Shown here: piece by piece, positions 44,651-56,521 of the stretch
Position numbering within the stretch: position 1 is the stretch's first letter
Layout: each line of letters opens with the position of its first letter
NCBI RefSeq assembly: GCF_041919455.1
Contig: NZ_JAYRTQ010000005.1
Location: 33,079 to 97,078, forward strand
Direction: 5' to 3'
DNA from: Thermomonas sp.
GTDB lineage: Bacteria > Pseudomonadota > Gammaproteobacteria > Xanthomonadales > Xanthomonadaceae
Length of the DNA: 64,000 nucleotides
The notes under the pieces: generated by a model
Told to the model about the DNA's origin: nothing
The model's database searches: none
Seen by the model: the letters and a program-made list of their open reading frames with translations, nothing else
Program-made: the position numbers and the translations under genes

Positions 44651-45559
44651 TCAGCCCTGCGGGCTGAGATAAAACAGCGGTGCCGGCTTGAACTCGCCGC
44701 TGGCGTACAGGCCGGCGCCACCGGTGCTCCAGGCCAGCGCTTCGGCCTGCGGGATCAGCGGTACGTCATGCGCTTCCGGCGCGCGCGCGACCGCCGCGCC
44801 CCAGTCTTCGCCGGGCGTGCGCCGGTAGAACAGCACGCTGCCGTAGGTCAGCACGGCCAGGGTGAGGCCGTCCGGCGAGAGGTCTGCGGCGGTCACCTGC
44901 GGGAACAGCCTGGCCAGTTTCGGGTCGTTGCGATGCAGTTCCGCGCTGGCCTGCGGTACCCCGGCCAGGCGACCGATGCGGCGCGCCTCGCGCACGCCAC
45001 GCGACTTCGCCAACGGCAGCGCGAACAGGTCCGGCGGGCTGCGCTTCTTCGAGACCAGCAGCACCTGCCCGGCGGCGGCATCGACCGCGACCGCCTCGCA
45101 GTCGCGTGGGCCGTCCGCCCAGCGCGCACGGATCGACCATGCCGGCTTGAGTTCGCCACCGGCCAGGGTCACCGGTTCCTCGATAACGTGCAGCACGATG
45201 TCCTTGCGCTTGCCGCCGTTGTCGCCGGTATCGGCGACCAGCAGGTAGTGCTTGCCATCCAGGCTGAAGCTGGCCAGGTCTTCCCAGTCGATGTTGCGCG
45301 CGCCGCGCACGTCGTAGCGGGCAAGCAACCGGCCGCGGCGGTTGATCGCGAAGATCTCCGCGGGATTGCCGCCGTCGTTGATCACCCACAGCACGTCTTC
45401 ATGCACGTGCGATGCCGCCAGGCCGCTGATCTCGCCCAACATCCCGCTGGTGATCACGCCCGCGAGGCGTGCGAACGGCAGCGACGGCGGTGCGCACGCG
45501 ACCACGCACGCCAGCAGCGCGGCGAGCAGCGACAGCCGCGGGAGTGGGCGGATCGACAT
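44651..45559 (-). CDS. lipoprotein, hypothetical (beta-rich)
   Basis: Lipobox LLAC in MSIRPLPRLSLLAALLACVVAC. Confidence 0.55.
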   Translation of the reverse strand: MSIRPLPRLSLLAALLACVVACAPPSLPFARLAGVITSGMLGEISGLAASHVHEDVLWVINDGGNPAEIFAINRRGRLLARYDVRGARNIDWEDLASFSLDGKHYLLVADTGDNGGKRKDIVLHVIEEPVTLAGGELKPAWSIRARWADGPRDCEAVAVDAAAGQVLLVSKKRSPPDLFALPLAKSRGVREARRIGRLAGVPQASAELHRNDPKLARLFPQVTAADLSPDGLTLAVLTYGSVLFYRRTPGEDWGAAVARAPEAHDVPLIPQAEALAWSTGGAGLYASGEFKPAPLFYLSPQG

Positions 45560-45649
45560 GCGTCGAGGATCGCATGTCGGTGCGCGCGGGCGACAGTGTC
45601 CGATGGTCGGCTTCGCTAGAATTGGCGCTTCCCACGATCGGACTTCCGC

Positions 45650-46855
45650 ATGACACGCATCGGCACGCCGCTGTCCCCGCACGCCACCCGCGTGCTCCTG
45701 CTGGGCTCGGGTGAACTGGGCAAGGAAGTGGCGATCGAGCTGCAACGCTTCGGCGTGGAGGTCATCGCCGCGGATCGCTACGCCAACGCACCGGCGATGC
45801 AGGTCGCGCATCGCAGCCATGTGCTGGACATGCTGGATGGCGCCGCGATCCGCGCGCTGGTCGCACTCGAACAACCGCATCTGGTGGTGCCGGAAATCGA
45901 GGCGATCAGCACGCAGACCCTGGTCGAACTGGAAGCCGAAGGCGCCGCGCGCGTCATCCCGACGGCACGCGCCGCGCGGCTGACGATGGACCGCGAGGGC
46001 ATCCGCCGGCTGGCCTCGGAAACGCTGGGGCTGGCGACCTCGCCGTACCGGTTCGTCGACACGGCCGAGGACTATCGGGACGCTGTGACCGCGCTGGGCA
46101 TTCCCTGCGTGGTCAAGCCGGTGATGTCGTCGTCGGGCAAGGGCCAGTCGCTGGTGCGATCCGAGGCCGACATCGACGCCGCCTGGGACTACGCGCAGAC
46201 CGGTGGCCGCGCGGGTGCCGGTCGCTGCATCGTCGAGGGCTTCATCGATTTCGACTACGAGATCACCCTGCTCACCGTGCGCCATGCCGGCGGCACCGAT
46301 TTCTGTGCGCCGATCGGGCACCTGCAGCGCGACGGCGACTACCGCGAGAGCTGGCAGCCGCAGCCGATGTCAGCGCTGGCGTTGCAACGCTCGCGGGACA
46401 TCGCCCGCGCGATCACCGATGACCTGGGTGGCTGGGGCCTGTTCGGCGTCGAATTGTTCATCAAGGGCAACGAGGTCTGGTTCAGCGAGGTCAGCCCGCG
46501 TCCGCACGACACCGGCCTGGTCACCCTGGTATCGCAGGAACTCAGCGAATTCGCCCTGCATGCGCGCGCGATCCTGGGCCTGCCGATCCATGCCGACGCC
46601 GATGGCACGATCCGCCAGTCGGGGCCGTCCGCGTCCTGCGCGGTGCTCGCGCACGGGCATGGCGTACCGGTGTTCGAAGGCGTGGATGCCGCGCTGGCGC
46701 ATCCCGACGTGCAATTGCGGCTGTTCGGAAAGCCGAAGGTGGAAGGGCATCGCCGCGTGGCAGTGACCCTGGCGCGCGCCGACGACATCGATGCCGCCCG
46801 CGCGCTGGCCCGCGATGCCGCGGCGGCGTTGACGGTCGATTTGCGGGCTGGGTGA
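45650..46855 (+). CDS. purT: formate-dependent phosphoribosylglycinamide formyltransferase
   Basis: ATP-grasp. [27 protein letters not shown]... Confidence 0.9.
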   Translation: MTRIGTPLSPHATRVLLLGSGELGKEVAIELQRFGVEVIAADRYANAPAMQVAHRSHVLDMLDGAAIRALVALEQPHLVVPEIEAISTQTLVELEAEGAARVIPTARAARLTMDREGIRRLASETLGLATSPYRFVDTAEDYRDAVTALGIPCVVKPVMSSSGKGQSLVRSEADIDAAWDYAQTGGRAGAGRCIVEGFIDFDYEITLLTVRHAGGTDFCAPIGHLQRDGDYRESWQPQPMSALALQRSRDIARAITDDLGGWGLFGVELFIKGNEVWFSEVSPRPHDTGLVTLVSQELSEFALHARAILGLPIHADADGTIRQSGPSASCAVLAHGHGVPVFEGVDAALAHPDVQLRLFGKPKVEGHRRVAVTLARADDIDAARALARDAAAALTVDLRAG

Positions 46856-46867
46856 GAGACTGCAGGC

Positions 46868-47239
46868 ATGAACGAATCCGCCGGATATGCCGTGTTTTTC
46901 TTCCCGCCCGCGCTCGAAGCGTTGGGCGATGCAATCAAGCCCTACCTGCAGGACGGCCCCGCCGGCCCGCATGTGCCCTGCCGCGAAGTCGACACCGGTG
47001 GCGCCTTCATCGAGATGACCCTGGAAGGTCGCACCGTCGACGGCCGGGCGATCGCGCTGGAACTGATGGTGCCGGGGAACATGGTGCGGATGATCGTGTC
47101 CGCGCACAGCGACGAGGAATTCGGCTTCCACAACCGCAATCGCGCGCCGGTCCTGCTGGAGCCCGGCCTGGGGATCATGCCGCAGGCAGACGCGAAACCC
47201 GGCGCCGATGCCGCGCCCACGCCGTCACCGGCGGGCTGA
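46868..47239 (+). CDS. hypothetical protein (123 aa)
   Basis: No domain recognised. Confidence 0.45.
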   Translation: MNESAGYAVFFFPPALEALGDAIKPYLQDGPAGPHVPCREVDTGGAFIEMTLEGRTVDGRAIALELMVPGNMVRMIVSAHSDEEFGFHNRNRAPVLLEPGLGIMPQADAKPGADAAPTPSPAG

Positions 47240-47263
47240 CCGCAGCCGCGCGGTCCAGCGCAC

Positions 47264-48490
47264 TCAGCGCAGGTCGACCCAGACCAGTTGATGGTCGCTG
47301 CCGTCGGCGATCGCCGCATCCGCATCGCCCGGCGCCGGCCAGAACACGCCGCTGCCGGCAAGCGCGAAGCCGCTCGACGGCAACACGTAGTCCAGCCGCA
47401 ATGCACCGACACGCGGGCCGAAGTCGCCGGTGACGTGGGCCGGTGATCCGCGCCGCAGGATGCCGGCAGCCGCGTAGTCGCGCGCCTTGGCTTCGCCACC
47501 GGCGCTGCGCGGCGTGGCCATGCGCAGCACCCGCGGATGTTCGAGCAGTTCCAGGATGGCGTCGTGGTGGCCATCGCCATCGACCGGATCGTTGTTGAGG
47601 TCGCCGGCGATCACGAAGCGCACATCGGCGGCGAGCCCACCGCAACGGCCGGCGTCATCGCACAACCACGGTTTCGCCCCGGGCGAGATGTACTCGCGCC
47701 ACAGCCGGATCTCGTCGGCGTTGCGCTTGCCGTTGCGATCCTCGGGGCCGTCGAAGGTCGGCGGCGTGGGGTGCGATGCGAGCAGGTGCAGGGTGCCCAC
47801 TGGCGTTTCGATCGGCACGTCCCAGTGCGATTTCGACGACAGCCTGAGTTGTTCCCACACCGCATCGGCATGGAACGGTTTGCCGGTGGCGGGATCCATC
47901 GGCCGCCGAGCGCCCGGCATGTCGCGCCATTTCAGCAACTGGAAGGTGCGCACGGCGGCCGCGTCGATCGGGAAGCGCGACAGCACCAGCATGCCGTACT
48001 GGCCGGGATGCAGGCCGTAGCCCCAGGCATCGTTGCCGCGCTCGCGACCGATCCCGCCGGTCTCGCCATTGCCGTCCAGATCGAGGCCGCTGGGCACGCC
48101 GGTGTTGACCGGCGCGAGATAGCGATGCGGGTAATGCAGCGGCGCGCCGCCGCCGGCCTGCGCGACCTCGAGGTAGTCGCGCTGGAACAGGTCGGCGGCG
48201 CGCTGCGCGGCGTCGTAGTCGAACTCGTTGAGCAGGACGATGTCGGGGCGGACCTTCTGCAGCACCGCGGCGATCTTGCGCGCCTGCGCATTGCCCAGTT
48301 GCAGGCGGGCGACCAGGCCACCCGCGTCTTCGTCGTACAGCGAGGCGTTGTAGGTGGCCACGCGCAGCGTGGCGATCGGCGTCGATGCCATCGCGTCCCC
48401 GTCCGTGGAGTGATGCGTGGTGGCTGCGCAGGCGACCAGCAGTGTTGCGGTGCAGGCCGCCAGCCACGATGAGGCGATACGCGCGCTCAC
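47264..48490 (-). CDS. endonuclease/exonuclease/phosphatase (EEP) family protein, secreted/lipoprotein
   Basis: ...[11 protein letters not shown]...LLNEFDY...[14 protein letters not shown] start overlaps bpt stop. Start may instead be the downstream MASTPIA. Confidence 0.65.
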   Translation of the reverse strand: MSARIASSWLAACTATLLVACAATTHHSTDGDAMASTPIATLRVATYNASLYDEDAGGLVARLQLGNAQARKIAAVLQKVRPDIVLLNEFDYDAAQRAADLFQRDYLEVAQAGGGAPLHYPHRYLAPVNTGVPSGLDLDGNGETGGIGRERGNDAWGYGLHPGQYGMLVLSRFPIDAAAVRTFQLLKWRDMPGARRPMDPATGKPFHADAVWEQLRLSSKSHWDVPIETPVGTLHLLASHPTPPTFDGPEDRNGKRNADEIRLWREYISPGAKPWLCDDAGRCGGLAADVRFVIAGDLNNDPVDGDGHHDAILELLEHPRVLRMATPRSAGGEAKARDYAAAGILRRGSPAHVTGDFGPRVGALRLDYVLPSSGFALAGSGVFWPAPGDADAAIADGSDHQLVWVDLR

Positions 48491-49206
48491 GCCTGCAGGC
48501 GCCGCCAGCCGCGGCCGTTGAAGCCTTCCAGCGGCTGGAAGCGGCGCTTGTAATCCATCTTCGGATGCCCGGCGATCCAGTAGCCCAGGTACAGGTGGCT
48601 GCGCCCGTCGCGGCGCGCCCATTCGACCTGTCGCAACACGCCCAGCGTGCCGAGCCCGCGCGTGGCGTGGTCGGGATCGTAGAAGGTATAGACCGCGGAC
48701 AGCGCATCGGCAGCGAGGTCGGTGACTGCCACCGCGAGCAGGGCGTGCGTCCGGTGTTCGCGCAACTCGAGGAAGCGGCCCTCGTTCCACGAACCGATCA
48801 GGAACTGGTCGAATTCGTGCGCGCCGTGGTCGTCCATGCCGCCGCCGGCATGCCGGCTGGCCAGGTATTTGCGGTACAGCGCCAGGTGCTCGTCGCTGCG
48901 GACCGGCGCCACGATGCGTGCGTCGACATCGGCATTGCGCGCCAGGCAACGGCGCTGGCTGCGATCCGGGGTGAAGGCGTCGACCGGGATGCGCACCGCC
49001 ACGCAGGCTTGGCAGCCGCTGCAACTGGGCCGGTAGACGATGTCGCCGGAGCGGCGGAAGCCCCAGTCCAGCGCCATCGGGTAGGCCTGCGCCAGGCGCG
49101 GATCGCGCGGATCCAGGACCAGGTCGCGGGCCTCGCGGTCGTCCCAGTAGCCGCAGGGGTGGGCACCGGTGTGGAACATGCGCAGGTTGTCGGCGTCGGT
49201 GCCCAT
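48487..49206 (-). CDS. bpt: arginyl-/leucyl-tRNA-protein transferase (Bpt/ATE-like)
   Basis: N-terminal Cys cluster CGYWDD...CSGCQAC and GYW...GNAT-like core. Confidence 0.7.
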   Translation of the reverse strand: MGTDADNLRMFHTGAHPCGYWDDREARDLVLDPRDPRLAQAYPMALDWGFRRSGDIVYRPSCSGCQACVAVRIPVDAFTPDRSQRRCLARNADVDARIVAPVRSDEHLALYRKYLASRHAGGGMDDHGAHEFDQFLIGSWNEGRFLELREHRTHALLAVAVTDLAADALSAVYTFYDPDHATRGLGTLGVLRQVEWARRDGRSHLYLGYWIAGHPKMDYKRRFQPLEGFNGRGWRRLQA

Positions 49207-49315
49207 GCCGGCAGGATAGCGCCCTCGTTCAGCTGCGCGCTGCCCTCGCTGTCAACCGCCACGCACCCGCCGCGTTTTCCCTGCAAGCCCGGCGCGTGCC
49301 GGTTGGAGATGAACG

Positions 49316-50044
49316 ATGAAGAAGTTGCACATCCTGGCCCTGGCGGTCGCCGCTGCGCTGGCGTCCACCTTCGCGGTCGCGCAGACCGCCGCACCCGCCA
49401 GCGGCGTGAAGGCCGCACAGCGGATCGACGCCAATGGCGATGGCGTGATCGACCGCGCCGAGGCCGCCAAGGCGCCGAGACTGGCGGCGAAGTTCGACCA
49501 GCTGGACGCCAACAAGGACGGCAAGCTCAGCGCCGGCGAACGCCCGCAGCGCATGCACGGCAAGCGCGGCGGGGGCCGCGGCGGCGACCGCCTGCAGGCG
49601 CTGGACACCGACAAGGACGGCCGCATCAGCCGCACCGAGGCGAATGCCGGCAACGCCGGGTTCGCCGCGCGCTTCACCGAGATGGACGCGAACAAGGACG
49701 GCTACCTGGACCGCAGCGACCGGGAACTGCGCATGACTCGTGAACGTGCGGCGTTCTTCGCCGGCGCGGATGCGAACAGGGACGGCAGGCTCAGCCGCGA
49801 CGAGTTCGCGGTGGAGCAGGGTGCGCGTGGTGCCGAGCGTCGCGCGCAGTTCGCGCAGCGCGCCGAGGCCGCCGGGAAGACGCCCAGGGTGCGTCCGGTC
49901 TCGACCGAGGCCGAGCAGTTGCAGCGCGCCGGCAAGGCCTTCGACCGCATGGACGCGAACAAGGACGGCACGCTGACCAGGGCCGAGTTCGATGCGGCCA
50001 GGTCGTTGCGCGGTGGCGATCGGAGCCATTCGCGCAAGCACTGA
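49316..50044 (+). CDS. periplasmic calcium-binding protein with six EF-hand loops
   Basis: Signal peptide. Six DxNxDGxIxxxE loops (DANGDGVIDRAE, DANKDGKLSAGE, DTDKDGRISRTE, DANKDGYLDRSD, DANRDGRLSRDE, DANKDGTLTRAE). Confidence 0.8.
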   Translation: MKKLHILALAVAAALASTFAVAQTAAPASGVKAAQRIDANGDGVIDRAEAAKAPRLAAKFDQLDANKDGKLSAGERPQRMHGKRGGGRGGDRLQALDTDKDGRISRTEANAGNAGFAARFTEMDANKDGYLDRSDRELRMTRERAAFFAGADANRDGRLSRDEFAVEQGARGAERRAQFAQRAEAAGKTPRVRPVSTEAEQLQRAGKAFDRMDANKDGTLTRAEFDAARSLRGGDRSHSRKH

Positions 50045-50100
50045 CACCGATCCGGTGGTTGCAACGACGCCCGGCATGCCGGGCGTCGTCGTGCCTGCGC

Positions 50101-50907
50101 TCAGCGTGCGTCGAGGATCCGCCAGGCGGTGCCGTCGCGTTCGACGTCGAGGACGCGCGCGGCCTCATCGTCCAGTTGCACCGTGACCTTGCCGGTGCCG
50201 CTGCCGTCGGTCATGTACTCGCCTACCGCGATGCGCAGCGCGGAACCAGCGGGGCACGCGGAACCGGCGAACAGCGCGGTCTTGCCGGCATCCCGCGATT
50301 GCAGCAAGGCGGCTGCCGGATCGGCACCGTCGACCGTGATGCAGGCCTGCGCCGGTTTGCGCGTGGCCAGGGCGTCATCGACCAGCCGCCTGGCCAGCGC
50401 GGTGGGCATGTCGACGCGATAGGCCTCGAGCTCTTCGGCCGACTGCGGAACGATGTCTGCGGGCGGCGGAGCCGGCTTGGCCGCCACTGCCGTGGACGCG
50501 GTGGGCGGTGCCTTGGGTTGGCCGTAGAGCATCACCCCGATCACCGCCAGGATCGCCACCAGCAAGCCCAGCTTGATGTACATCTTGCGCTTGGCCTTCG
50601 CGTGCGGATCCGGCACTGCATCCTTCAGCGCGGACAGCGGCAGGTAGCTGGACGTACCGTCGCGCGAGCTGTCCAGCAGGCCGGCGTCGCGCAGCAACTG
50701 GCGCGCGCGCGGTTGTTCGTCGGCATTGACGATCCACACGGCCGGCTGCGGCGCGGCTTCTTCCTGGTCGCGGTAGCTGAAGCTGCTGCGGCGGTTGCCG
50801 CGGTAGGAGCGATCGTTGGTGATCCGCACCTCGATGCCCTGCTCGCGCAACAGACCGGCGACCGATTCCACGTTTTCCAGTCGTGGGCTGGTGAAGACCT
50901 GGCGCAT
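50101..50907 (-). CDS. hypothetical protein with DUF2007-like N-terminus and one TM
   Basis: 268 aa. Confidence 0.45.
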   Translation of the reverse strand: MRQVFTSPRLENVESVAGLLREQGIEVRITNDRSYRGNRRSSFSYRDQEEAAPQPAVWIVNADEQPRARQLLRDAGLLDSSRDGTSSYLPLSALKDAVPDPHAKAKRKMYIKLGLLVAILAVIGVMLYGQPKAPPTASTAVAAKPAPPPADIVPQSAEELEAYRVDMPTALARRLVDDALATRKPAQACITVDGADPAAALLQSRDAGKTALFAGSACPAGSALRIAVGEYMTDGSGTGKVTVQLDDEAARVLDVERDGTAWRILDAR

Positions 50908-50908
50908 C

Positions 50909-51793
50909 TCAGCCCGCCGCCTGTGGTGGCACGACGCGGATCAGGCCTTCCTGCGCGGTGCTGGCCACCAGCCGGCCGGCGCGGTCGAAGATCTGCCCGC
51001 GTGCAAGCCCGCGCGAACCCTGTGCGCTCGGGCTGTCGATGCTGTAGAGCAGCCAGTCGTCGGCACGGAAATCGCGGTGGAACCACAGGCCGTGGTCGAG
51101 CGAGGCCATCTGCACGTCCGGCTGGTAGTAGCTGATGCCGTGCGGGAAGGTCGCGGTGCCGAGCAGGTGGAAATCGCTGGCATAGGCCAGCAAGGCGCGA
51201 TGCAGTTCCGGTGCATCGCCGACCGGCTCGGACAGGCGGAACCAGACCTGCTGGTAGGGCGGGCGCTTGGGCGGATTCAGTTCGTCGCGCGGGTAGACGT
51301 GACGGAACTCGAATGGTCCCATCCGCGACAGCCAGCGCTGGACCTTGGTCGGCAGCGCTTCCAGCACATCGGTGGCGAGCGCCGGTGCGGGCTGGATATC
51401 CTCGGGCTTGGGCACTTCCGGCATCGTCAGCTGGTGTTCCGCCCCGTCTTCCGCGACCTGGAACGAGGCCGCGCAGAAGAAGATCACCTTGCCGTGCTGG
51501 ATGGCGGTGACCCGGCGCACGGAGAACGTGCCGCCGTCGCGCGTGCGGTCGACGTCGTAGACGATCGGGTGCTCGATGTCGCCTGCACGCAGGAAGTAAG
51601 CATGCAGCGAATGCGCGGCGCGCGCGCCGGTGGCGGGATCGATGGTCGCCTGCGCGGCCGACAGCGCCTGTCCAAGCACCTGCCCGCCGAACACGTAGCG
51701 GGTGCCGATGTCGCGGCTCTGGCCGCGGAACAGGTTGTCTTCCAGCCGCTCCAGCGAGAGCAGTTCGATCAGTTCGGAGACGGGGGAGGTCAT
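50909..51793 (-). CDS. tesB: acyl-CoA thioesterase II
   Basis: Double hot-dog. MTSPVSELIELLSLERLEDNLFRGQSRDIG... Confidence 0.8.
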   Translation of the reverse strand: MTSPVSELIELLSLERLEDNLFRGQSRDIGTRYVFGGQVLGQALSAAQATIDPATGARAAHSLHAYFLRAGDIEHPIVYDVDRTRDGGTFSVRRVTAIQHGKVIFFCAASFQVAEDGAEHQLTMPEVPKPEDIQPAPALATDVLEALPTKVQRWLSRMGPFEFRHVYPRDELNPPKRPPYQQVWFRLSEPVGDAPELHRALLAYASDFHLLGTATFPHGISYYQPDVQMASLDHGLWFHRDFRADDWLLYSIDSPSAQGSRGLARGQIFDRAGRLVASTAQEGLIRVVPPQAAG

Positions 51794-51950
51794 GCGTGAA
51801 TTATAGAGTGGTGGCCAAAGGCCAGGCGGTTCCATCGCTCGACGGCGCCTACCGCGGTGGTGAGCGAGGAATTCGAGCGGCACAGCCGCGAGCTCGCGAA
51901 CGCCTGCCGGCATGCAAGCCGGCAGGCAGGGCTGCGCGGCTCGAATGCCG

Positions 51951-52562
51951 CTACGCGAATCGCCCGACGGTCTCGCCGTCGATGCCGGAATGATCGCTGG
52001 TCATGGCGAAGCGTTGAAGCGGTACGGCCTGCAACACCTCATTCCACGGAAACAGCGGCCCCGGATCGCGCTTGCGTCGCACTTTCACCGCCGGATCGTC
52101 GCTGGCCTCGACCTCGTCCAGGTCCAGGTCCTCGTGGCCGGCGATCTGCACCAGCGACGGGATGCGCGCCTGCAGGTCGGCAAGCAGGGCGACCAGCGAT
52201 TCGACTTGAGCCTCGGTGTAGGGCTCGTCCATCGCCTGCCGGCGTGAATCCAGCCAGTCCGGGAAGCGGCCGATGTTGACCAGTTCGATGCCGATGCTGC
52301 GCGGGTTCCAGCCACGGGTGTGGTGGGCGACGCGTTGCGGCGTCACGTATTCGACGATGCCGCCGTCGCGGTCGATGTAGTAGTGGCCGCTGTTGCCGGT
52401 GCCGCTGGCGGGATACAGGATCCGCTCGCCGTACTCGCGCGCGGTGGCCAGGTCCGGCAGCTCGGTGCAGTGGATCACCACGGTGTCGATGGCCGCCGAT
52501 TCGCGTGCTGCCAGTGCGTCGGCATAGGGCAGCAGGTGACGGCGAATCGGCGGGGCAGGCAT
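51951..52562 (-). CDS. ampD: N-acetylmuramoyl-L-alanine amidase (AmpD-like, amidase_2)
   Basis: ...HYYIDRDGGIVEYV...HTRGWNPRSIGIELVN... Confidence 0.75.
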   Translation of the reverse strand: MPAPPIRRHLLPYADALAARESAAIDTVVIHCTELPDLATAREYGERILYPASGTGNSGHYYIDRDGGIVEYVTPQRVAHHTRGWNPRSIGIELVNIGRFPDWLDSRRQAMDEPYTEAQVESLVALLADLQARIPSLVQIAGHEDLDLDEVEASDDPAVKVRRKRDPGPLFPWNEVLQAVPLQRFAMTSDHSGIDGETVGRFA

Positions 52563-52584
52563 CGGCCGATGCTAGCATTCGCGC

Positions 52585-53079
52585 ATGAAGCAGCCGCCCC
52601 CCGATTCCGAACTCGGCCGCCTGTTCGCGCAGTTCCCGCGCGCGGGGCGGGTGGACTGGATCGGCCTGCGCCCGGCGCGTGACGTGGCGATGCTTCCCGT
52701 TGAGGTGGCAGAAGCGACGGCAGGCAAGGGATTGTCCGGCGACCGCTACGCGAGCGGCAGCGGCAAGCGCGGGATCACCCTGATCCAGGCCGAGCACCTG
52801 CCGGTCATCGCCGCGTTGTCCGGGCATGCGGAGATCGCACCGGCCAGCTTGCGCCGCAACGTGCTGGTGTCGGGGATTCCGCTGGTCGCCCTGAAGGGTC
52901 GGCGCTTCCGCATCGGCCAGCTGCTGCTGGAAGGCACCGACGATTGCGATCCGTGTTCACGCATGGAAGACGCGCTCGGTCCGGGCGGTTACAACGCGAT
53001 GCGCGGGATGGGCGGGCTGTGCGCGCGCATCCTCGAAGGCGGCAGCCTGCGCGTGGGCGATGCGGTGGTTGCCGAATGA
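52585..53079 (+). CDS. MOSC-domain protein
   Basis: 164 aa, conserved C-terminal Cys. Confidence 0.65.
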   Translation: MKQPPPDSELGRLFAQFPRAGRVDWIGLRPARDVAMLPVEVAEATAGKGLSGDRYASGSGKRGITLIQAEHLPVIAALSGHAEIAPASLRRNVLVSGIPLVALKGRRFRIGQLLLEGTDDCDPCSRMEDALGPGGYNAMRGMGGLCARILEGGSLRVGDAVVAE

Positions 53080-53600
53080 TCGGGCATTGCATCCTCTCCC
53101 ACGGCTTCGAGAGCGGCCCGGACGCGACCAAGGTGACCGCGCTGGCGGATGCGGCCGAGCGCCTGGGTTGGACCCATGAACGCCCCGATTTCACCGACCT
53201 GGATGCCCGGCGCGAGGTCAGCGAGCTCGGCGATGTGCCCGCGCGCCTGCAGCGCCTGCTCGCGCTTGCGCAGGCCGCGGCCGCGCGTGGCCCGCTGGTG
53301 CTGGCCGGCTCCAGCCTGGGTGCGTGGATCTCCGGGCAGGTGTCCCTGCAGGTGCCTGCAGCGGGCCTGTTCCTGATGGCGCCACCGATCGCGATGGGGC
53401 GTGCGCCCGCGCTGCAGGCCGCCACGGTGCCGACATCGATCATCCATGGGTGGCACGACGAACTGATTCCCGCGGCGCAGGTGGTCGACTGGGCCGCCAC
53501 GCGCAATGCGCGCCTGCTGCTGGTCGACGACTCGCATCGCCTGTCCGACCATGTGCAAGCAAGTGCGGACGCGTTCGCCCAATTGCTCGCAACGCTTTGA
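53076..53600 (+). CDS. alpha/beta-hydrolase esterase (YqiA-like)
   Basis: ATGA overlap. GSSLG nucleophile elbow. Confidence 0.6.
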   Translation: MIGHCILSHGFESGPDATKVTALADAAERLGWTHERPDFTDLDARREVSELGDVPARLQRLLALAQAAAARGPLVLAGSSLGAWISGQVSLQVPAAGLFLMAPPIAMGRAPALQAATVPTSIIHGWHDELIPAAQVVDWAATRNARLLLVDDSHRLSDHVQASADAFAQLLATL

Positions 53601-53614
53601 TCTCGTTCCGGCGC

Positions 53615-55780
53615 ATGCCGGGACGGCCGCAACACACCGATGAGGTCGCTTTGAAATTCTTCGCATCCTGCGGCAAGGGCCTGGAATACCTGCTGGCCGA
53701 CGAACTGGTCGCGCTGGGTTGCGTCCGCGCCACTGCCGCGATCGCAGGCGCGAATGTCGAAGGCAGCCTGCTGGACGCGCAGCGCGCGGTGCTGTGGTCG
53801 CGCCTGGCCAGTCGCGTGGCCTGGCCGATCGCCGAGTTCGACTGCCCCGACGAGCATGCGCTGTACGCGGGTGCTGCAGCGGTGGACTGGACCGAACATC
53901 TCGGTCCGGGGCACAGCATCGCCATCGATGCGCATGTGTCCGGTGATGCGATCACCCACGCACGTTATGCGGCACAGCGGGTGAAGGACGCGATCGTCGA
54001 CACCCTGCGCGCGAAGACGGGCGCGCGTCCCGATGTCGATGTCGAATCGCCCGATGTGCGCATCAGCCTGGTCGTCCGCAAGGGCCGTGCGATCTTGTCG
54101 ATCGACCTCGGCGGCGGGCCGATGCACCGGCGCGGCTGGCGCAAGTTGCAGGGCGAGGCGCCGTTGAAGGAAAACGTGGCGGCCGCGGTCCTGATGCGCG
54201 GTGGCTGGCCGCAGGCGTATGCCGAAAGCGGCGACCTGCTCGATCCGATGTGCGGCAGCGGCACCCTGTTGATCGAAGGCGCACTGATGGCGGCCGACGT
54301 GGCACCCGGCCTGCAGCGGCATGGCGATGCGTTGCCGACGCGCTGGCTGGGTTTCGATGTCGACGGGTGGCGTGGCCTGTGCGTGGAGGCGCTGGAACGC
54401 GAAGCGCGCGGGCGGGCGTCGCTGCGTCCGTGCATCCACGGCAGCGACCTTGATCCGCATGCGATCCGCGCCGCCCGCGAGAACGCGCGCACCGCCGGCG
54501 TGGAAACCGCGATTGCGTTCCGCGAATGCGACATCGCCAACCTGCCTGCGATGGAAAACCCGCGCGGCGTGGTGGTCTGCAATCCGCCGTACGACGCCCG
54601 CCTGGCTGCGGATCCGGCGCTTTACCGCACGCTCGGCGAAGCCCTGAAGCGCAGCGCGCCGGCGTGGCGGGCCAGCCTGCTGTGCGGCGATTTCGAACTG
54701 GCGCGCGCCACCGGCCTGCGTGCGCAGAAGCGCTACCAGGTCTTCAACGGCCCGATCGAGTGCAGCCTGATCACCTGCGAGCCGATCGCGCCGCCGGTGC
54801 GCGAGGGCGCGGAGAAGCGCGAACTCGCCGAAGGCGCGCAGATGGTCGCCAACCGGCTGCGCAAGAATCTGGACAAGCTGAAGCGCTGGCGGCAGCAGGA
54901 ACAGGTCAGCTGCTTCCGCGCCTACGATGCCGACATCCCCGAGTACGCCTGCGCGGTCGACGTGTACACCTCGACTGCGGGCGACACCTGGCTGCACGTG
55001 CAGGAATACGCGGCACCCGACGACATCCCCGAAGCGACCACGCGCAAGCGCCTGAACGACCTGCTGTCCGGCGTGCGTGACGTCTTTGGCGTGCCGAAGG
55101 AGCGGGTCGCGGTGAAGACCCGCAGCACCGGCAAGGGTGGTTCCAAATACGGGCGCTTCGATCACCGTGGCGAATTCCTGCAGGTCGAGGAAGGCGCCGC
55201 GACCTTGCAGGTGAACCTGTTCGACTACCTCGATACCGGCCTGTTCCTCGACCACCGCCCGCTGCGCGCGCGGATGGCGCTGGAGGCGCGCGGCAAGCAT
55301 TTCCTCAACCTGTTCTGCTACACCGGTGCGGCCACCGTGCAGGCCGCGGTCCAGGGTGCGCACGAGACCACCAGCGTCGACCTGTCGGCGACCTACCTGG
55401 AATGGCTGGCCGACAACCTGCGCGGCAATGGCATCGGCGGCACCCGCCACCGCATCGCCCAGGCAGACGCACTGAGGTGGCTGGAGGCGGACCGCGGCAG
55501 CTACGACGTGGTGTTCTGCGACCCGCCGACGTTCTCCAACTCCAAGCGCGCCGACGACTTCGACGTGCAGCGCGACCACGTGCGCCTGCTGCGTGCGGGC
55601 GTGGCGCGGCTGGCGCCGGGCGGCGTGCTGTATTTCTCCAACAATTTCCGCCGCTTCAAGCTCGATGAAGCCGCGATCGGCGAGTTCGCCCGCGTCGAGG
55701 ACATCAGCGCCTCGACCATCCCGCCGGACTTCGCCCGCAATGCGCGCATCCATCGCGCATGGCGGATCACCGCGGCCTGA
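53615..55780 (+). CDS. rlmL: bifunctional 23S rRNA m2G2445/m7G2069 methyltransferase
   Basis: THUMP plus two SAM-MTase domains (...VVVCNPPYD... and ...[12 protein letters not shown]...). Confidence 0.85.
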   Translation: MPGRPQHTDEVALKFFASCGKGLEYLLADELVALGCVRATAAIAGANVEGSLLDAQRAVLWSRLASRVAWPIAEFDCPDEHALYAGAAAVDWTEHLGPGHSIAIDAHVSGDAITHARYAAQRVKDAIVDTLRAKTGARPDVDVESPDVRISLVVRKGRAILSIDLGGGPMHRRGWRKLQGEAPLKENVAAAVLMRGGWPQAYAESGDLLDPMCGSGTLLIEGALMAADVAPGLQRHGDALPTRWLGFDVDGWRGLCVEALEREARGRASLRPCIHGSDLDPHAIRAARENARTAGVETAIAFRECDIANLPAMENPRGVVVCNPPYDARLAADPALYRTLGEALKRSAPAWRASLLCGDFELARATGLRAQKRYQVFNGPIECSLITCEPIAPPVREGAEKRELAEGAQMVANRLRKNLDKLKRWRQQEQVSCFRAYDADIPEYACAVDVYTSTAGDTWLHVQEYAAPDDIPEATTRKRLNDLLSGVRDVFGVPKERVAVKTRSTGKGGSKYGRFDHRGEFLQVEEGAATLQVNLFDYLDTGLFLDHRPLRARMALEARGKHFLNLFCYTGAATVQAAVQGAHETTSVDLSATYLEWLADNLRGNGIGGTRHRIAQADALRWLEADRGSYDVVFCDPPTFSNSKRADDFDVQRDHVRLLRAGVARLAPGGVLYFSNNFRRFKLDEAAIGEFARVEDISASTIPPDFARNARIHRAWRITAA

Positions 55781-55837
55781 GCGCAACGAAGAAGGGCCGC
55801 ATCGCTGCGGCCCTTCGCACATCAGGACGGGCGCGGA

Positions 55838-56521
55838 TCAGTCCTTGCCCAGCCACTTGTAGACCACGCCGCCCAGCACGCCGCCGATGATCGGCGCAGC
55901 CCAGAACAGCCACAGCTGCGAGAGCGGAGTACCGCCCACCAGCAGCGCCACGCCGGTCGAACGCGCCGGGTTCACCGAGGTATTGGTGACCGGGATGCTG
56001 ATCAGGTGGATCAGGGTCAGGCCCAGGCCGATCGCGATGGGTGCGAAGCCCGGTGCCGCGTTCTTGTGGGTCGCGCCGAGGATGATCACCAGGAACATCG
56101 CGGTCATCACGACTTCGCACAGGAACGCCGCGGTCATGCTGTAGCCGCCGGGGGAGAACGCGTTGAAGCCGTTGGTGGCGAACGCGCCCGCGGCGTTGTT
56201 GTCGATGGCGAAGCCGGCCGCGCCGCTGGCGATCTGGAACAGATCCATGCCGCCAGGATCGCGCCGAGGGTCTGGGCGACGATGTAGGGCAGCAGGTCCT
56301 TCGCGGAGAACCGCCCGCCCACAGGCCGAAGCTCACCGCCGGATTGAAGTGCGCGCCGGAGTGTGGCCCAGCGCATAGGCGCCGGTCAGCACGGTCGGGC
56401 CGAACGCCAGCGACACGCCGAGCAAGCCGATTCCCAGGGGATTGCCGTCGCCGCCGAAGTACGCCGCCAGCACGGCGCTGCCGCAGCCGCCCCCAGCACC
56501 AGCCAGAACGTGCCGATGCAC
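55838..56521 (-). pseudogene. aqpZ: aquaporin Z split over three reading frames (two -1 frameshifts)
   Basis: Frame 1 (56333-56521) encodes [22 protein letters not shown]...AYALGH. It shifts at the expected HISGGHFNPA (reads [10 protein letters not shown]). Frame 2 (56134-56376) gives ...[30 protein letters not shown]. Frame 3 (55838-56248) gives [12 protein letters not shown]...[14 protein letters not shown]... to the C-terminus. Confidence 0.6.
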
